The notes under the pieces were generated by a model. That model made no database searches. It saw only the letters and a list, made by a program, of their open reading frames with translations, and was not told where the DNA came from. This document shows, piece after piece, positions 46,483 through 58,558 of a stretch of DNA of 64,000 nt. The DNA is from the human T2T-CHM13v2.0 reference genome, Homo sapiens, in assembly GCF_009914755.1 (NCBI RefSeq), contig NC_060946.1. One strand, written 5' to 3'. The position numbers and the translations under genes are program-made. Position 1 is the first letter of the stretch; the number at the start of each line of letters is the position of its first letter.

Positions 46483-48170
46483 ATGGGGAGTGAAGGTTAG
46501 TACTTAGAATTTGTTATCACTCTTTAGTACAGTAAAGCAGTGTTGCCCATGGTTTCCAGAACAAAGGAGTATGAAGTTGGATGAATGGGAGAGAATTGGA
46601 AGAGATTTTCAAAAGGTATATAAAGATGGAGCAGAAATTCCAGTTTCTGTATAGTCAGTGTGGGCACCAATAAAGGCAGCCCTTGAACTATTTCAAACAG
46701 ATAATGAGGCAGATTCAGATGAGGAAGAGGAGGATTAGTGTAAAAAGCTAACTTCAAATTCTGAGTGTGAGGAACAGCTACTGGAGGAGATTAAAGAAAA
46801 GAAAGAAAAACTTTAAAAAGTATGTTTTACTAGCCCGTTGGCTCCACCTGCTGAATTAAGTGAATGGCCACCTCCTCTCTCTCCCCTAAATGGGTGAGAA
46901 AATAAATTAGATGAAAAACTTACTGCTCCTGTAGTTGCAACATTAAAACCTGGAGCAATTGGTGGTGCTAGACAAAATTATATTCAAAAAGCTAAAGCCA
47001 AGGGAGACCTTGAAGCATGGCAATTTCCTGTTACTATAATCAAGCAAGTAGGACAGAATATAGCTAATTAGGCTGTTTTTTCTTTTAAGTTACTAAAGAA
47101 TTTAAGCAAGCCATTAGTCAGTATGGACTGAACTCTCTTTTTGTGCAAACTTTATTAAAAAATATGGCTCTTGATAATAGATAATAGATTAATACCATAT
47201 AATTAGGATACTTTGACAAAACCTGTTCTCACTCCATCTCAGTACTTGCAGTTTAAAACTTGGTAGGCTGATGAAGCTCAAACTCAGGCAAAAGAAAACA
47301 CACAAGTGCAGCCACCTGTGCCTGTTTTCTTTGATCAGTTAATATGAGTTGTCCCTAAATGAGGTTGATTAGAGAATCAAGCAGTAATGGAAGATGTTGT
47401 CATTGTTCAGCTGTGCTTCATGTGCTTACAGGCATAGAAAAGGATAAATGTTACAGGGGAAAAGTACCCTTATTTCAGTTCTGTCTGACAAGGACCTAAA
47501 GAACCATGTATTAATTTTATTGCTCAGCTCCAAGAGGCTGTGTATAAAGCCATAAATGATAAAAAAAAAACAGCTCAAGATGTTGTAATACAGCTTCTTG
47601 CATACAATAATGCTAATGCAGAATGTCAAACTGCTATTAGACCCCTGAGAGAGAAGGCTCATTTAACTAAATATATTAAGGCTTGCGATGGCATTGGAGG
47701 TAACTTACATAGGGCTATTCTTTTAGCTCAGGCTATGGGTAGATTAAGAGTAAGAAAAAATATGCTTCATTTCTCAGGCTCTTGCCTTAATTGTGGGCAA
47801 ATTGGACACAAGAAAGGAATGTAGAAAGGAATTCAAAAGACGAAAACTACTACCATCAATCAACAGAAAAGTCCCAGTGTATGTCCCTGGTGTAAGAAAG
47901 GCAATCACTAGGCAAGTCCGTGTCATTCTAAATTTAGCAAAGATGGACAAACTCTTTCAGGAAATAGGAAGAGGGACCCACCTCCAGCCCCTCAACAAAC
48001 CGAGGCATACCCAGCACAGCCACTGCCCTTACAAATGTACAGCAATTGTTCCCCGCCTCAGCAAGCAGTGCTGCTGTAGACCTCTACAAAACAATTCCCA
48101 TCTCCTTACTTCCTGGGGAGCCACCAAAGAAGGTCCCCAGAGGAGTTAGGGCACCCTTACCCTGAGGAAC
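46483..48170 (+). pseudogene. gag: HML-1 gag (MA, CA, two zinc knuckles) plus the start of pro/dUTPase
   Basis: ORF 47540-47824: QLLAYNNANAECQ...CLNCGQIGH. Second knuckle at about 47882. SAAVDL-like dUTPase start at about 48067. Confidence 0.85.
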
Positions 48171-48683
48171 TGATGGGAACAAGCCCCCTCAAATCGGGCC
48201 TTAAACTGGCCCCAAAACTGGTCATAAACAAAATCTCTGCAGCACTGTGACATGTTCATGATGGCCATAACACCCACGCTGGAAGGTTGTGGGTTTACCA
48301 GAATGAGGACAAGGAATATCTGGCCCGTCCAGGGTGGAAAACCACTTAAAGGCATTCTTAAGCCACAAACAATAGCATGAGTGATCTGTGCCTTAAGAAC
48401 ATGCTTCTGTTGCAGTTAACTAGCCCAACCTATTCCTTTAATTCAGCCCATCCCTTCGTTTCCCATAAGGGATACTTTTAGTTAATCTAATATCTATAGA
48501 AACAATGCTAATGACTAGCTTGCTGTTAATAAATACGTGGGTAAATTTCTGTTCAGTAATCTCAGCTCTGAAGGCTGTGAGACCCCTGATTTCCCACTTC
48601 ACACCTCTATATTTCAGTGTGTGTGCCTTTAATTCCTCTAGCGCTGCTGGGTTAGGGTCTCCCCGACCGACCTGGTCTCAGCA
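48171..48683 (+). mobile_element. MER9 5' LTR of HERV-K9 (HML-3)
   Basis: TGATGGGAACAAGCCCCC...AAACTGGCCCCAAAACTGG...CTGGTCTCAGCA, internal AATAAA, and a PBS immediately downstream. Confidence 0.9.
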
Positions 48684-48685
48684 AG

Positions 48686-48705
48686 TGGTGCCCATTCATG
48701 GGGGC
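48686..48705 (+). promoter_or_regulatory. tRNA-Lys-like PBS variant
   Basis: TGGTGCCCATTCATGGGGGC directly after the LTR. Confidence 0.75.
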
Positions 48706-48834
48706 TCGAACACAGGTCAAAGGATCGCTGGAGCAACGATTGGCGAATGTGGAACTAGCTGGAGGACACCTGAGTATTCTTAAAGCAATCCCCGTGGTGA
48801 GTAAGAAGGGGAGCTCGGAAGCATCAGGGTAACA

Positions 48835-50230
48835 ATGGGACAAGTGTGGGCTCTGGTTCGTTCTACCTTGGAACTTTTTCACACTGATGATGAGGAGGAA
48901 GGAGAGTATAACAAAGTAACAGTAGAGGTTACAGACCAGGTTTATTTGCCACCTAAAGCTAAAGCAGAAAAGGAGGGAGAGGTTCATCCCTACCCTTCTG
49001 CACCCCCTCATTATTATATTGAAGAAAACTACCCTCCAGATCTTTCTTTTCTGGAGGACACTGTGTGAAAAGTAGTTGCCCTGGTGACGGTTCGAGCAGC
49101 GCCTTGAGCGACTGCTCTTAGTTCTATTCAGGCAGGAATTCAGCAAGCAAGACAAAAGTGGGATTTAGAGGCTTGGCAGTTGCCTCTTAGAATACACACC
49201 CCAGATCAACAGGGAAATATTATAGCTACATTTGAGCCTTTTCCTTTTATATTACTCAAAAAAATTAAACAAGCTATAAATCAGTATGGACCAGGTTCTC
49301 CTTTTGAAATGGGACCATTAAAGAATGTTGCTGTTTCCAGTTGGATGATTCCTACTGACTGGGACACTATTACTCGAGCTTGTCTAACTCCTGCTCAGTT
49401 CTTACAATTTAAAACTTAGTGGGCAGATGAAGCTTCCATTCAGGCTGCTCACAATGCCTGGGCCCAACCTCAAATTAATATAACTGCAGACCAACTTTTG
49501 GGGGTTGGTGGCTGAGCTGGTTTACATGTACAAGTGGTCATGCAGGATGATGCCATAGAACAGCTTAGAGGAGTGTGCATTAGAGCTTGGAAAAAATCAC
49601 TTCATGTGGAGAACAATACCCTTCCTTTAGTGCTATAAAACAGGGACCAAGAGAACCATACCTGGAATTTATAGCTTGGTTACAGGAGTCTCTTAAAAAG
49701 ATGATTGCATATTTGGCTGCTTAGGATATAGTGTTGCAGTTATTAGCTTTTGACAATGCTAATCCCTATTGCCAGGCTGCTCTGTGACCTATCAGAGGGA
49801 AAGCACATTTAGTTGATTATATCAAGGGCTGTGATGGTATCAGATGTAATCTACATAAAGCTACTTTGTTGGCACAGGCGATGGCAGGACTGAGAGTGGA
49901 TAAAGGAAATACTCCATTTTCTGGAGCTTGTTTTAACTGTGGGAAGCATGTTCATACTAAAAAGAATGTAAAAAAAATCAGCGAGTCAGGCCACCAGATA
50001 GGGGAAAAAAGAAAACTGCTGATCCTGAAATGTGTCCAAAATGTAAAAAAGGAAAACTTTGGGCTACTCAGTTTCACTCTAAGTTTGATAAAGAAGGGAA
50101 CCAGATTTCGGGAAACTCCCTGAGGGGTCCATCCCAGGCCCTGTTGTAAACCAGGGCATTTCCAGCTCAGGCCATTACTTCACCCCCATACATTATCTGT
50201 CCCCCACCACAGCCCATAGTGCCGCAGTAG
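48835..50230 (+). pseudogene. gag: HML-3 gag, disrupted
   Basis: MGQVWALVRSTLELFH..., PYPSAPP late-domain-like motif, CFNCGKH knuckle, and GGGAAAC slippery site at 50110-50116. 3' boundary approximate. Confidence 0.88.
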
Positions 50231-51050
50231 ATTTATGCTGCACAAAAGCTGTGAGCCTTCTGCCTGGGGAACACCCATAAAAGGTCCCAACAGGAGTCTG
50301 TGGACCATTGCCAGGAGGGACAATGGGATTACTTTTAGAAGGTCTAGTTTAAGTTTAAAAGGGGTACAAATACACACTGGAGTCATTGATTCAGATTACA
50401 ATGAGGAAATTCAAATTGTGATATCTACTTCTGTTCCCTGGAAAGCACAGCCAGGAGTGCGCATAGCACAGCTCCTGAGTGTGCCATATGTGGGAATGGG
50501 AAAAAGTGAAATTAAATGAACTGGAGGATTTGGAAGCACAAATAAAAAAGGCAAGGCAGCTTATTGGGTAAATCAAATTACTGATAAACATCCTACCTGT
50601 GAAATAACTATCCAGGGAAAGAACTTTAAAGGTTTGGTAGATATTATTTCTTTTTTGGTAGGAGTGGACATTTCAGTCATTTCTCTACAGCACTGGCCGT
50701 CCACGTGGCCAATTCAGCCCACTCAATTTAACACAGTGGAAACTGCTAAAGCTCCAGAAGTATATCAAAGTAGCTATATTTTGCATTGTGAAGGGCCTGA
50801 TGGACAACCTGGGACTGTTCAACCAATTACAACTTCTGTACCTATAAATTTATGGGGGAGAGATTTATTATGACAATGGGGAGCACAAGTTCTAATTCCA
50901 TAACAATTATACAGCCCTCAATGTCAACATATGATGCACAAAATGGGGCATGTCCCTGGTATGGGAGTAGAAAAAAATTTGCAAGATTTGAAAGAACTGC
51001 TTCAAACAGAAAGACAAATTTCCTGCCAAAGATTAGGATACCGTTTTTGA
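50110..51050 (+). pseudogene. pro: HML-3 pro (dUTPase, protease, G-patch), disrupted
   Basis: GVQIHTGVIDSDY.EEI (dUTPase), INLWGRDLL (protease) and MMHKMGHVPGMG (G-patch-like). Confidence 0.88.
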
Positions 51051-52040
51051 TGGTGGCCATTGTTAAGCCTCCAGAACCTATACCCTTAAAATGGTTAACA
51101 GATAAGCCAATTTGGATAGAATAATGGCTGCTAAGCAAAGAGAAACTGGATGCTTCAGAGAAATTAGTTACTGAACAATTAGAAAATGGGCACATAGCTC
51201 CAACATCTTCCCCTTGGAATTCTCCAGTTTTCATAATTAAGAAAAAATCAGGTAAATGGAGAATGTTAACTGACTTAAGAGCCATCAATTCAGTTATACA
51301 ACCTATGGAAACATAACAGCCAGGATTGCCTTCTCCTACTATAATTCCAAAAATTGGCCTTTAATAGTCACAGATTTAAAAGACTGTTTCTTTACTACCT
51401 TTTTAGCTGAGCAAGACTGTGAACGGTTTGCATTTACAATTCCTGCAGTAAACATCCTGCATCCTGCTAAGCGTTTTCATTGTTTCACAGATGGGTCTAG
51501 TAATGGTAACGCTTCTTATTCTGGATCAATAGGTAAAGTTTTCCAGACACCCTATGCTTCAGCTCAAAAAGTGCAGCTTGTAGCTGTAATTGAGGTATTG
51601 ACTGCTTTTGATATGCCTGTTAATGTGTTTTCTGATTCTTCATACATGATTCATTCCACACAGTTAATTGAAAATGCTCAGTTACGATTTCATACAGATG
51701 AACAACTGATAATAAAAACAAAAAAGGGGGAGAAACAGGGATTACGGGATAGCCCACACACAACTGAATCTAGCATTATTAACTTTCAATTTTTTGAGGC
51801 TGCCCAAAGGCCAGATGTTATCAGCAGCTGAACAGCATCTACAGAAACCAGCTGCAAAGACAGAAGCAGAACAACTGGTTTGTTGGAGAGATCCAATAAC
51901 AAAAAGTTGGGAAATAGGTAAAATTATAACTTGGCATAGAGGTTATGCTTGTGTTTCTCCAGGACCGAATCAACAACTGATTTAGATACCATCAAGACAC
52001 CTGAAATTTTATCATGAGCCAGATGCTGAGGAAGAGAGAA
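51050..52040 (+). pseudogene. pol: HML-3 pol with two large internal deletions; no env or 3' LTR
   Basis: RT N-terminus ([24 protein letters not shown]), then RNase H (FTDGSSNG), then the IN C-terminus (WRDPITKSWEIGKIITW). Confidence 0.88.
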
Positions 52041-52072
52041 AAAGCACAATCATCATTGAAATTAGAGCTTCT

Positions 52073-52291
52073 GGCTGGGCGCGGTGGCTCACACCTGTAA
52101 TCCCAGCACTCTGGGAGGCTGAGGTGGGCGGATCACAAGGTGAGGAGATCAAGACCATCCTGACTAACACGGTGAAACCCCGTCTCTACTAAAAATACAA
52201 AAAATTAGCTGGGTGAGGTGGCGGGCGCCTATAGTCCCAGCTACTCAAGAGGCTGAGGCAGGAGAATGGCATGAACCCGGGAGGCAAAACT
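52073..52291 (+). mobile_element. AluY-like, 3'-truncated with no tail
   Basis: Ends at GGGAGGCAAAACTT, then switches to non-Alu sequence. Confidence 0.9.
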
Positions 52292-52408
52292 TCAGGTTTT
52301 GCCAAGAATGACACTGTAAATGTTACAAAGCTTCTGTGCTTGTTAGTGAACACCAAATCAGCTACTCTCCTGTATTCGGAGATCAGGATGAAATGAAAAG
52401 AACAAACA

Positions 52409-52708
52409 GGCTGGGTGCGGTGGCTCATGCCTGTAATGCCAACACTTTGGGAGGCTTAGGTGGGCAGATCACCTGAGGTTGGGAGTTCGAGACCAGCCTG
52501 ACCAACATGGAGAAACCCCGTCTCTACTAAAAATGCAAAATGAGCTGGGCGTGGTGGCACAAGCCTGTAATCCCAGCTTGGGAGGCTGAGGCAGGATAAG
52601 TGCTAAAACCTGAGAGGTGGAGGTTGTGGTGAGGCGATATTGCACGTTGCACTCCAGCCTGGGCAACAAGAGTGAAACTCCATCTCAATAAAATAAAAAA
52701 TAAAAAAA
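52409..52708 (+). mobile_element. AluSp-like
   Basis: GAGGTTGGGAGTTCGAGACCAGCCTGACCAACATGGAGAAACCCC. Confidence 0.92.
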
Positions 52709-53449
52709 GACTCCCAACCTTGTCTAGACTGTGGGGTTTCAGTTTCACCCCAGAGCAGTCCTGGTTGGGTTAGAACCCTGAATCTGGTTTGAGTTCGAAT
52801 CCTAAAGAATAAAGGGAATAAAGGCTGTAGCCACTGAGCTACTCAATCTGGTCTGGTTCTGGCTTTTGTGTGTCTATCTGTATTTTTGGTCTAAATATTT
52901 GGCCCAACAGAGGCTAAAGGCTTTGATGTTCTCAGCAAAAGCCTTGTGAGATCTCTAGTTTATCTGTGTGCTCTACTGGAACAAAGAGATTCCATAAACT
53001 AGAAAAACCTAAAGAAAATGGCATACGTGAAAAATTGAGAGCCAACTCCTGTTTGTTGTTCTGTCCACCTCCCTCTCTCACTCCTCCTTCTGCCTTTGCT
53101 GTGGTCCCATGGTGTTTCTGTCTTTCTGGGGACCTGAGATTCAGTGTAGGAGTGAAGTCCATGATTTTAAAGCCTTCATGTCTCTGCTTTTTAACTCTGC
53201 CTGCTTTGCTGAGCTCTTATAATGAGAAATAAACCATTCAGAACAGAAACAACAGGGCATCAGAAAACCAACTTCAGGCAGCACTCCGGCAAGTACCTCC
53301 CTAGAGGGGAAGGGCTTACTAAAGGATTTAATCTTGAAAAGGCCAAAATGAGAAGCTCTAACCTTAAGCTTGCTAGGTTTTCTGGGACTCGAGCTGGTTA
53401 TATATTATGGACCATTCTAGCCACACACACACAAACACACACACACACA

Positions 53450-53739
53450 TTTTTTTTGAGACAGAGTCTTGCTCCGTTGCCCACGCTGGAGTGCAGTGGT
53501 CTGATCTTGGCTCACTGCAACCTCCACTTTCCAGGTTCGAGCAATTCTTCTGTCTCAGCCTCCTGAGTAGCTGCGATTACAGGTGTGTGCCACCATACCC
53601 GGCTAATTTTTGTGGTTTTAGTAGAGATGAGGTTTCACCATGTTGGCCAGGCTTGTCTCAAACTCCTGATCTCAAGTGATCCACCCGCCTTGGCCTCCCA
53701 AACTGCTGGGATTACAGGCATGAGCCACTGTGCCCAGCC
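53450..53739 (-). mobile_element. Alu (AluS) lying in the tail of the adjacent Alu
   Basis: Full dimer flanked by (CA)n and (TA)n. Confidence 0.92.
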
Positions 53740-53759
53740 TATACATGTATATATATATA

Positions 53760-54064
53760 TTTTTCTTTTTCTTTTTCTTTTTGACACAGAGTCTTGCTCT
53801 ATTACCCAGGATGGAGTATGGTGGTACAATCGTGGCTCACTACAACCTCTGCCTCCCAGGTTTGAGCGATTATCCTGCCTCGGCCTCCTGAATAGCTGGG
53901 AGTACAGGTGCACACCACCACACCCAGTTAATTTTTGCATTTCCAGTAGAGATGGGGATTTGTCACGTTGGCCAGGCTGGTCTCAAACTCCTGGCCTCAA
54001 GTGATCCACCTGCCTCAGCCTCCCATAGTGTTAGGATTACATGCATGAGCCACTGCACCTGGCC
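53760..54064 (-). mobile_element. Alu (AluSz-like)
   Basis: Full dimer. Confidence 0.92.
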
Positions 54065-54304
54065 TCTAGTGCACACTTGAAACCTGATGGCCAAATTACA
54101 TGAAAGAAAATTCAGAACTCAAATAGTTACTATTTTTAAAAACCCTAAAATGAAAAAGTCTCAGTTCTTTTGCCTATCTATTTTTTTTTTCCCTGCCTAC
54201 TTTGAATCTGCTGATTCGTCTACTGGTGTTGAGATAAGACTTACTGTCTGTGGTGTTACCAATTCAAGGTTACTTGGCTGAAGAAAAACAAAAGAATGAA
54301 ACAA

Positions 54305-54620
<316 letters not shown>

Positions 54621-55099
54621 AAAAGAGTTCTTTTATAAATACAAATGATTTAAAAAGTATTGATAAAATAAAAATAGAAATGTCTTCAGAATTGTCAGCA
54701 TACATTTTTGACTGTGTTTTATATTTACATTTGCTAGATATTTTAAGGTGCTAGGGTTTGGCATGAAGGTTATAAAGCTATAAACAGGAAAAAAAGAATA
54801 TTTTTTATGTGATTTTTTAAATACATAAGACCAATTTAATATGGTTTGTTGAACAAAAATAATGGAATTTTCTGAGTTATTGGTAAAATACCCATGTATT
54901 TAACTTTGAAGTCCTCACTTATGTGAACACCTGATATTCACAGGCTATAACATGGTTAACAAGAAAATAACCTAGAAATGATGTCTAGCTTTGTCTAATA
55001 CCTCAGTTCTCACAAATACTCTAGATAAACTGTCAAAAATAAGTAAATGTAAATGGATAAATGTCTATAGAAGACATCTTAATGTATTTTTGAAATTTT

Positions 55100-55372
55100 T
55101 TTGAGACAGTGTCTCTGTCTGTCACCCAGGCTGAAGTTCAGTGGCATGATCACAGCTGACTGCAACGTTGACCTCCTGCGCTCAAGGGATCCTCCCACCT
55201 CAGCCTCCCAAGTAGCTGTTAATTACAGGCATGCACCACCATGGTCAGCTAACTTTTTTTTTTTTTTTTGTAGAGTCAGCATCTCACTATTTTCCTCAGG
55301 CTGGTCTCATGATACTCCTGCCTTGTCCTCCTAAAGTGTTGGGATTGCAGGTGTGAGCCACCATGCCCAGCC
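55100..55372 (-). mobile_element. AluJ
   Basis: 15-bp TSD TATTTTTGAAATTTT at 55085-55099 and 55373-55387. Confidence 0.9.
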
Positions 55373-55458
55373 TATTTTTGAAATTTTAGTTATGTTAAAT
55401 TAAATATTAGATACTCATTAAATATCTGGGTTATTTCCAATGTAAAACTTATGTTTTA

Positions 55459-55808
<350 letters not shown>

Positions 55809-56908
55809 CTATATGACAATTCAAGATTTCTTGCTTCCTAGGTTTTTTATTAAAATAAGGGTTACTAAGTGTTAATATCGTGGTAGATATATGTGATTAA
55901 GACTACTAGATACAAGAGAAACAATTCTGTATGCAAAATGTATACTGGTTTTTGCTTCAGAGAAAGTGAATTCACTTAGAGATTTTTAAGGATTATTTTA
56001 AATTGAAGGAATAAAAAAGATAGATAAAACTAAATGTGTATAAAAAGTTGGGAAAGATGGAAAAAATTATACAAGGTTATTAAAAGTTTATGTAAATCTT
56101 ACCTCGAGGTCAAAACTGATTGAGATCAGATAGATTGTTTATAAAGTTTATTTAAATTAGCTGTAATATTAAAAACATAGTGATAAAAACTAAAAATTTT
56201 GGTTAAAACAGCAAGGTTTTCTTAATGTATTTATTTGCTCATAATAAGAGGTAATAAATATTGACTTTTAATCCTGAAATCTGTTACTATAAAAACTTTT
56301 CAGATTTGTATATCAGAAGTTCAACTTTTCCTGTACCTTCATGTTACACATGATTCACAGATCACATCATTGTCTCCTGTTCCTTCTTGAGAAGGAATAA
56401 AAGGCTTGGGTTTCCTGCTTGGCTGGGATGATAACTCCTTCAGCTTTTTCATCAGGTCTAATTTTGTACTCTTGGCTTTTAAATATGTCTTAATTACTTC
56501 ATGTAACCAGGAAACTTCCATGCTATCATTGTGAGCTATGGATCCCCACGGCTCTCTGCTCTGGTTTTCCTGTTTACATTCCTCTGTAATATTATGCTCA
56601 CTCATGATCCTGGACACACTCTTTCTATGTCTAATTAAATTCAAGTCTCCTTGTCATCGGGTTTGACTTCCAAGTGATTTAAATTAGCTTCCCATAAGAA
56701 GACACAATTATGCCACAGGAGTTTTACCCTTTAAATGACTGGCCTGTAATAAAGATTTTAGGTTTTATCAAGATAATCCATGAGTTGCCTTTATTGTTTT
56801 TTTAATTACTTGGGAAAACTGAGGGTTTTCAGTTTTCATATCCATGTAACCTTCTATGATTCTTTTGATGTCTTTTGGTTGTCATGCTAATTAAATGAAT
56901 GACTGTTA

Positions 56909-57234
<326 letters not shown>

Positions 57235-57349
57235 CTGTCATTCTGTTTTGGTCAAATGTTTTCAATTTTTTGGCATCTTTGCTAAAACTTAGTTGATAAC
57301 ATTGTATGGGAAGCATTGCCAAAAGATAAGTAACACTAAATCTTCTTTT

Positions 57350-57631
57350 TTTTTCTCTGAGAGAGAATCTTGCTTTGTCACCCAGGCTGGAGTGCAGTGG
57401 CATGATCTAGGTTCACTGCAACCTCTGCCACAAGGTTCAAGAGATTCTCCTGCCTCAACCTCCCAAGTAGCGGGGACTACAGACACTTGCCATCATGCCC
57501 AGCTAATTTTGTATTTTTAGTAGGTTTCTCCATGTTGGCCAGGCTGGTGTCGAACTCCTGACCTCTGATGATCTGTCCAACTTGGCCTCCCAAAGTGTTG
57601 GGATTACAGGCATGAGCCACTGTGCCTGGCC
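57350..57631 (-). mobile_element. Alu (AluS)
   Basis: TSD TAAATCTTCTTTT at 57337-57349 and 57632-57644. Confidence 0.92.
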
Positions 57632-58002
57632 TAAATCTTCTTTTGGTTACATTTATAGGTATGTTTTTAATATAAATATTTTAAATGTTATATAAATTAT
57701 AAAAATCTAATATGGTATCAGTCATAATTTTGATGATGGTAAATATTTTCTAAAGTTGTATGTGTATAGGTACATTATTAATATAAATATTTTAAAGATT
57801 ATATAAAATTTGTGGAAGTCTGATGGATCTGATGTGTTGCCGTCAGTCATGATTCTGGCTGTTATCTTAAAATGTTACATATAATAGAAATAACTAAATT
57901 TTCTCGCCAGTTGAGAACTTCCACTGGATTTTAACCAAAGGCTATTCTAAGTTTTTGTCATCCACGGTGATTGTTTAAAGTTCTTCTCTAAAACACTTTA
58001 CA

Positions 58003-58347
58003 GGCCGGGCGTGGTGCTGGAGGCCATGCAGGGCACGGTGCTGGGCTTGGTGCAGGGCACAGTGGCTCACGAGTATAAAAATCCCAGCACTTTGCAAGGC
58101 CGAGGTGGGTGAATTGCTTGAACTCAGAGGTTTGAAAGCATCCTGGGCAACATGGTAAAACCCTGTCTCTACAAAAATACAAAAATTAGCCAGCATGATG
58201 ATGCATGCCTATGGTCCCAGCTACTTCGGAGGCTGAGGTAGGAGGATGGCTTGAGTTTGGGAGGGAGAGATTGCGGTGAGCCAATATCATGCCACTGCCC
58301 TCCATCCTGAGTGATAGAGCCAGACTATGTCTCAAAAAAAAAAAAAA
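58003..58347 (+). mobile_element. AluJ-like with a 12-bp x5 tandem expansion at the 5' end
   Basis: TSD AAAA(CA/GC)CTTTACA; repeated NGGGC.YGGTGC units at 58006-58065. Confidence 0.9.
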
Positions 58348-58472
58348 GCCTTTACAATCAGCTATCATCTAAATTACTTTTAGTGGAAAGGACTCTGACA
58401 AGTTCTCTTAAATATGGTTTCTGATAACTTTGGGGATCATACCATTAGACTAGGAAAATCTTCCAGGACTCT

Positions 58473-58558
58473 AAAAAGCTGAATGAGAATTTCCAATTGA
58501 AATCAAGCAAAACACAAAAAACTGAATGAGAATTGCTATTTGAAATCAAGCAGAACAA
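58473..58558. repeat. Diverged tandem duplication, period 43 bp
   Basis: CTGAATGAGAATT....TTGAAATCAAGCA.AACA at 58479 and 58522. Confidence 0.85.
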
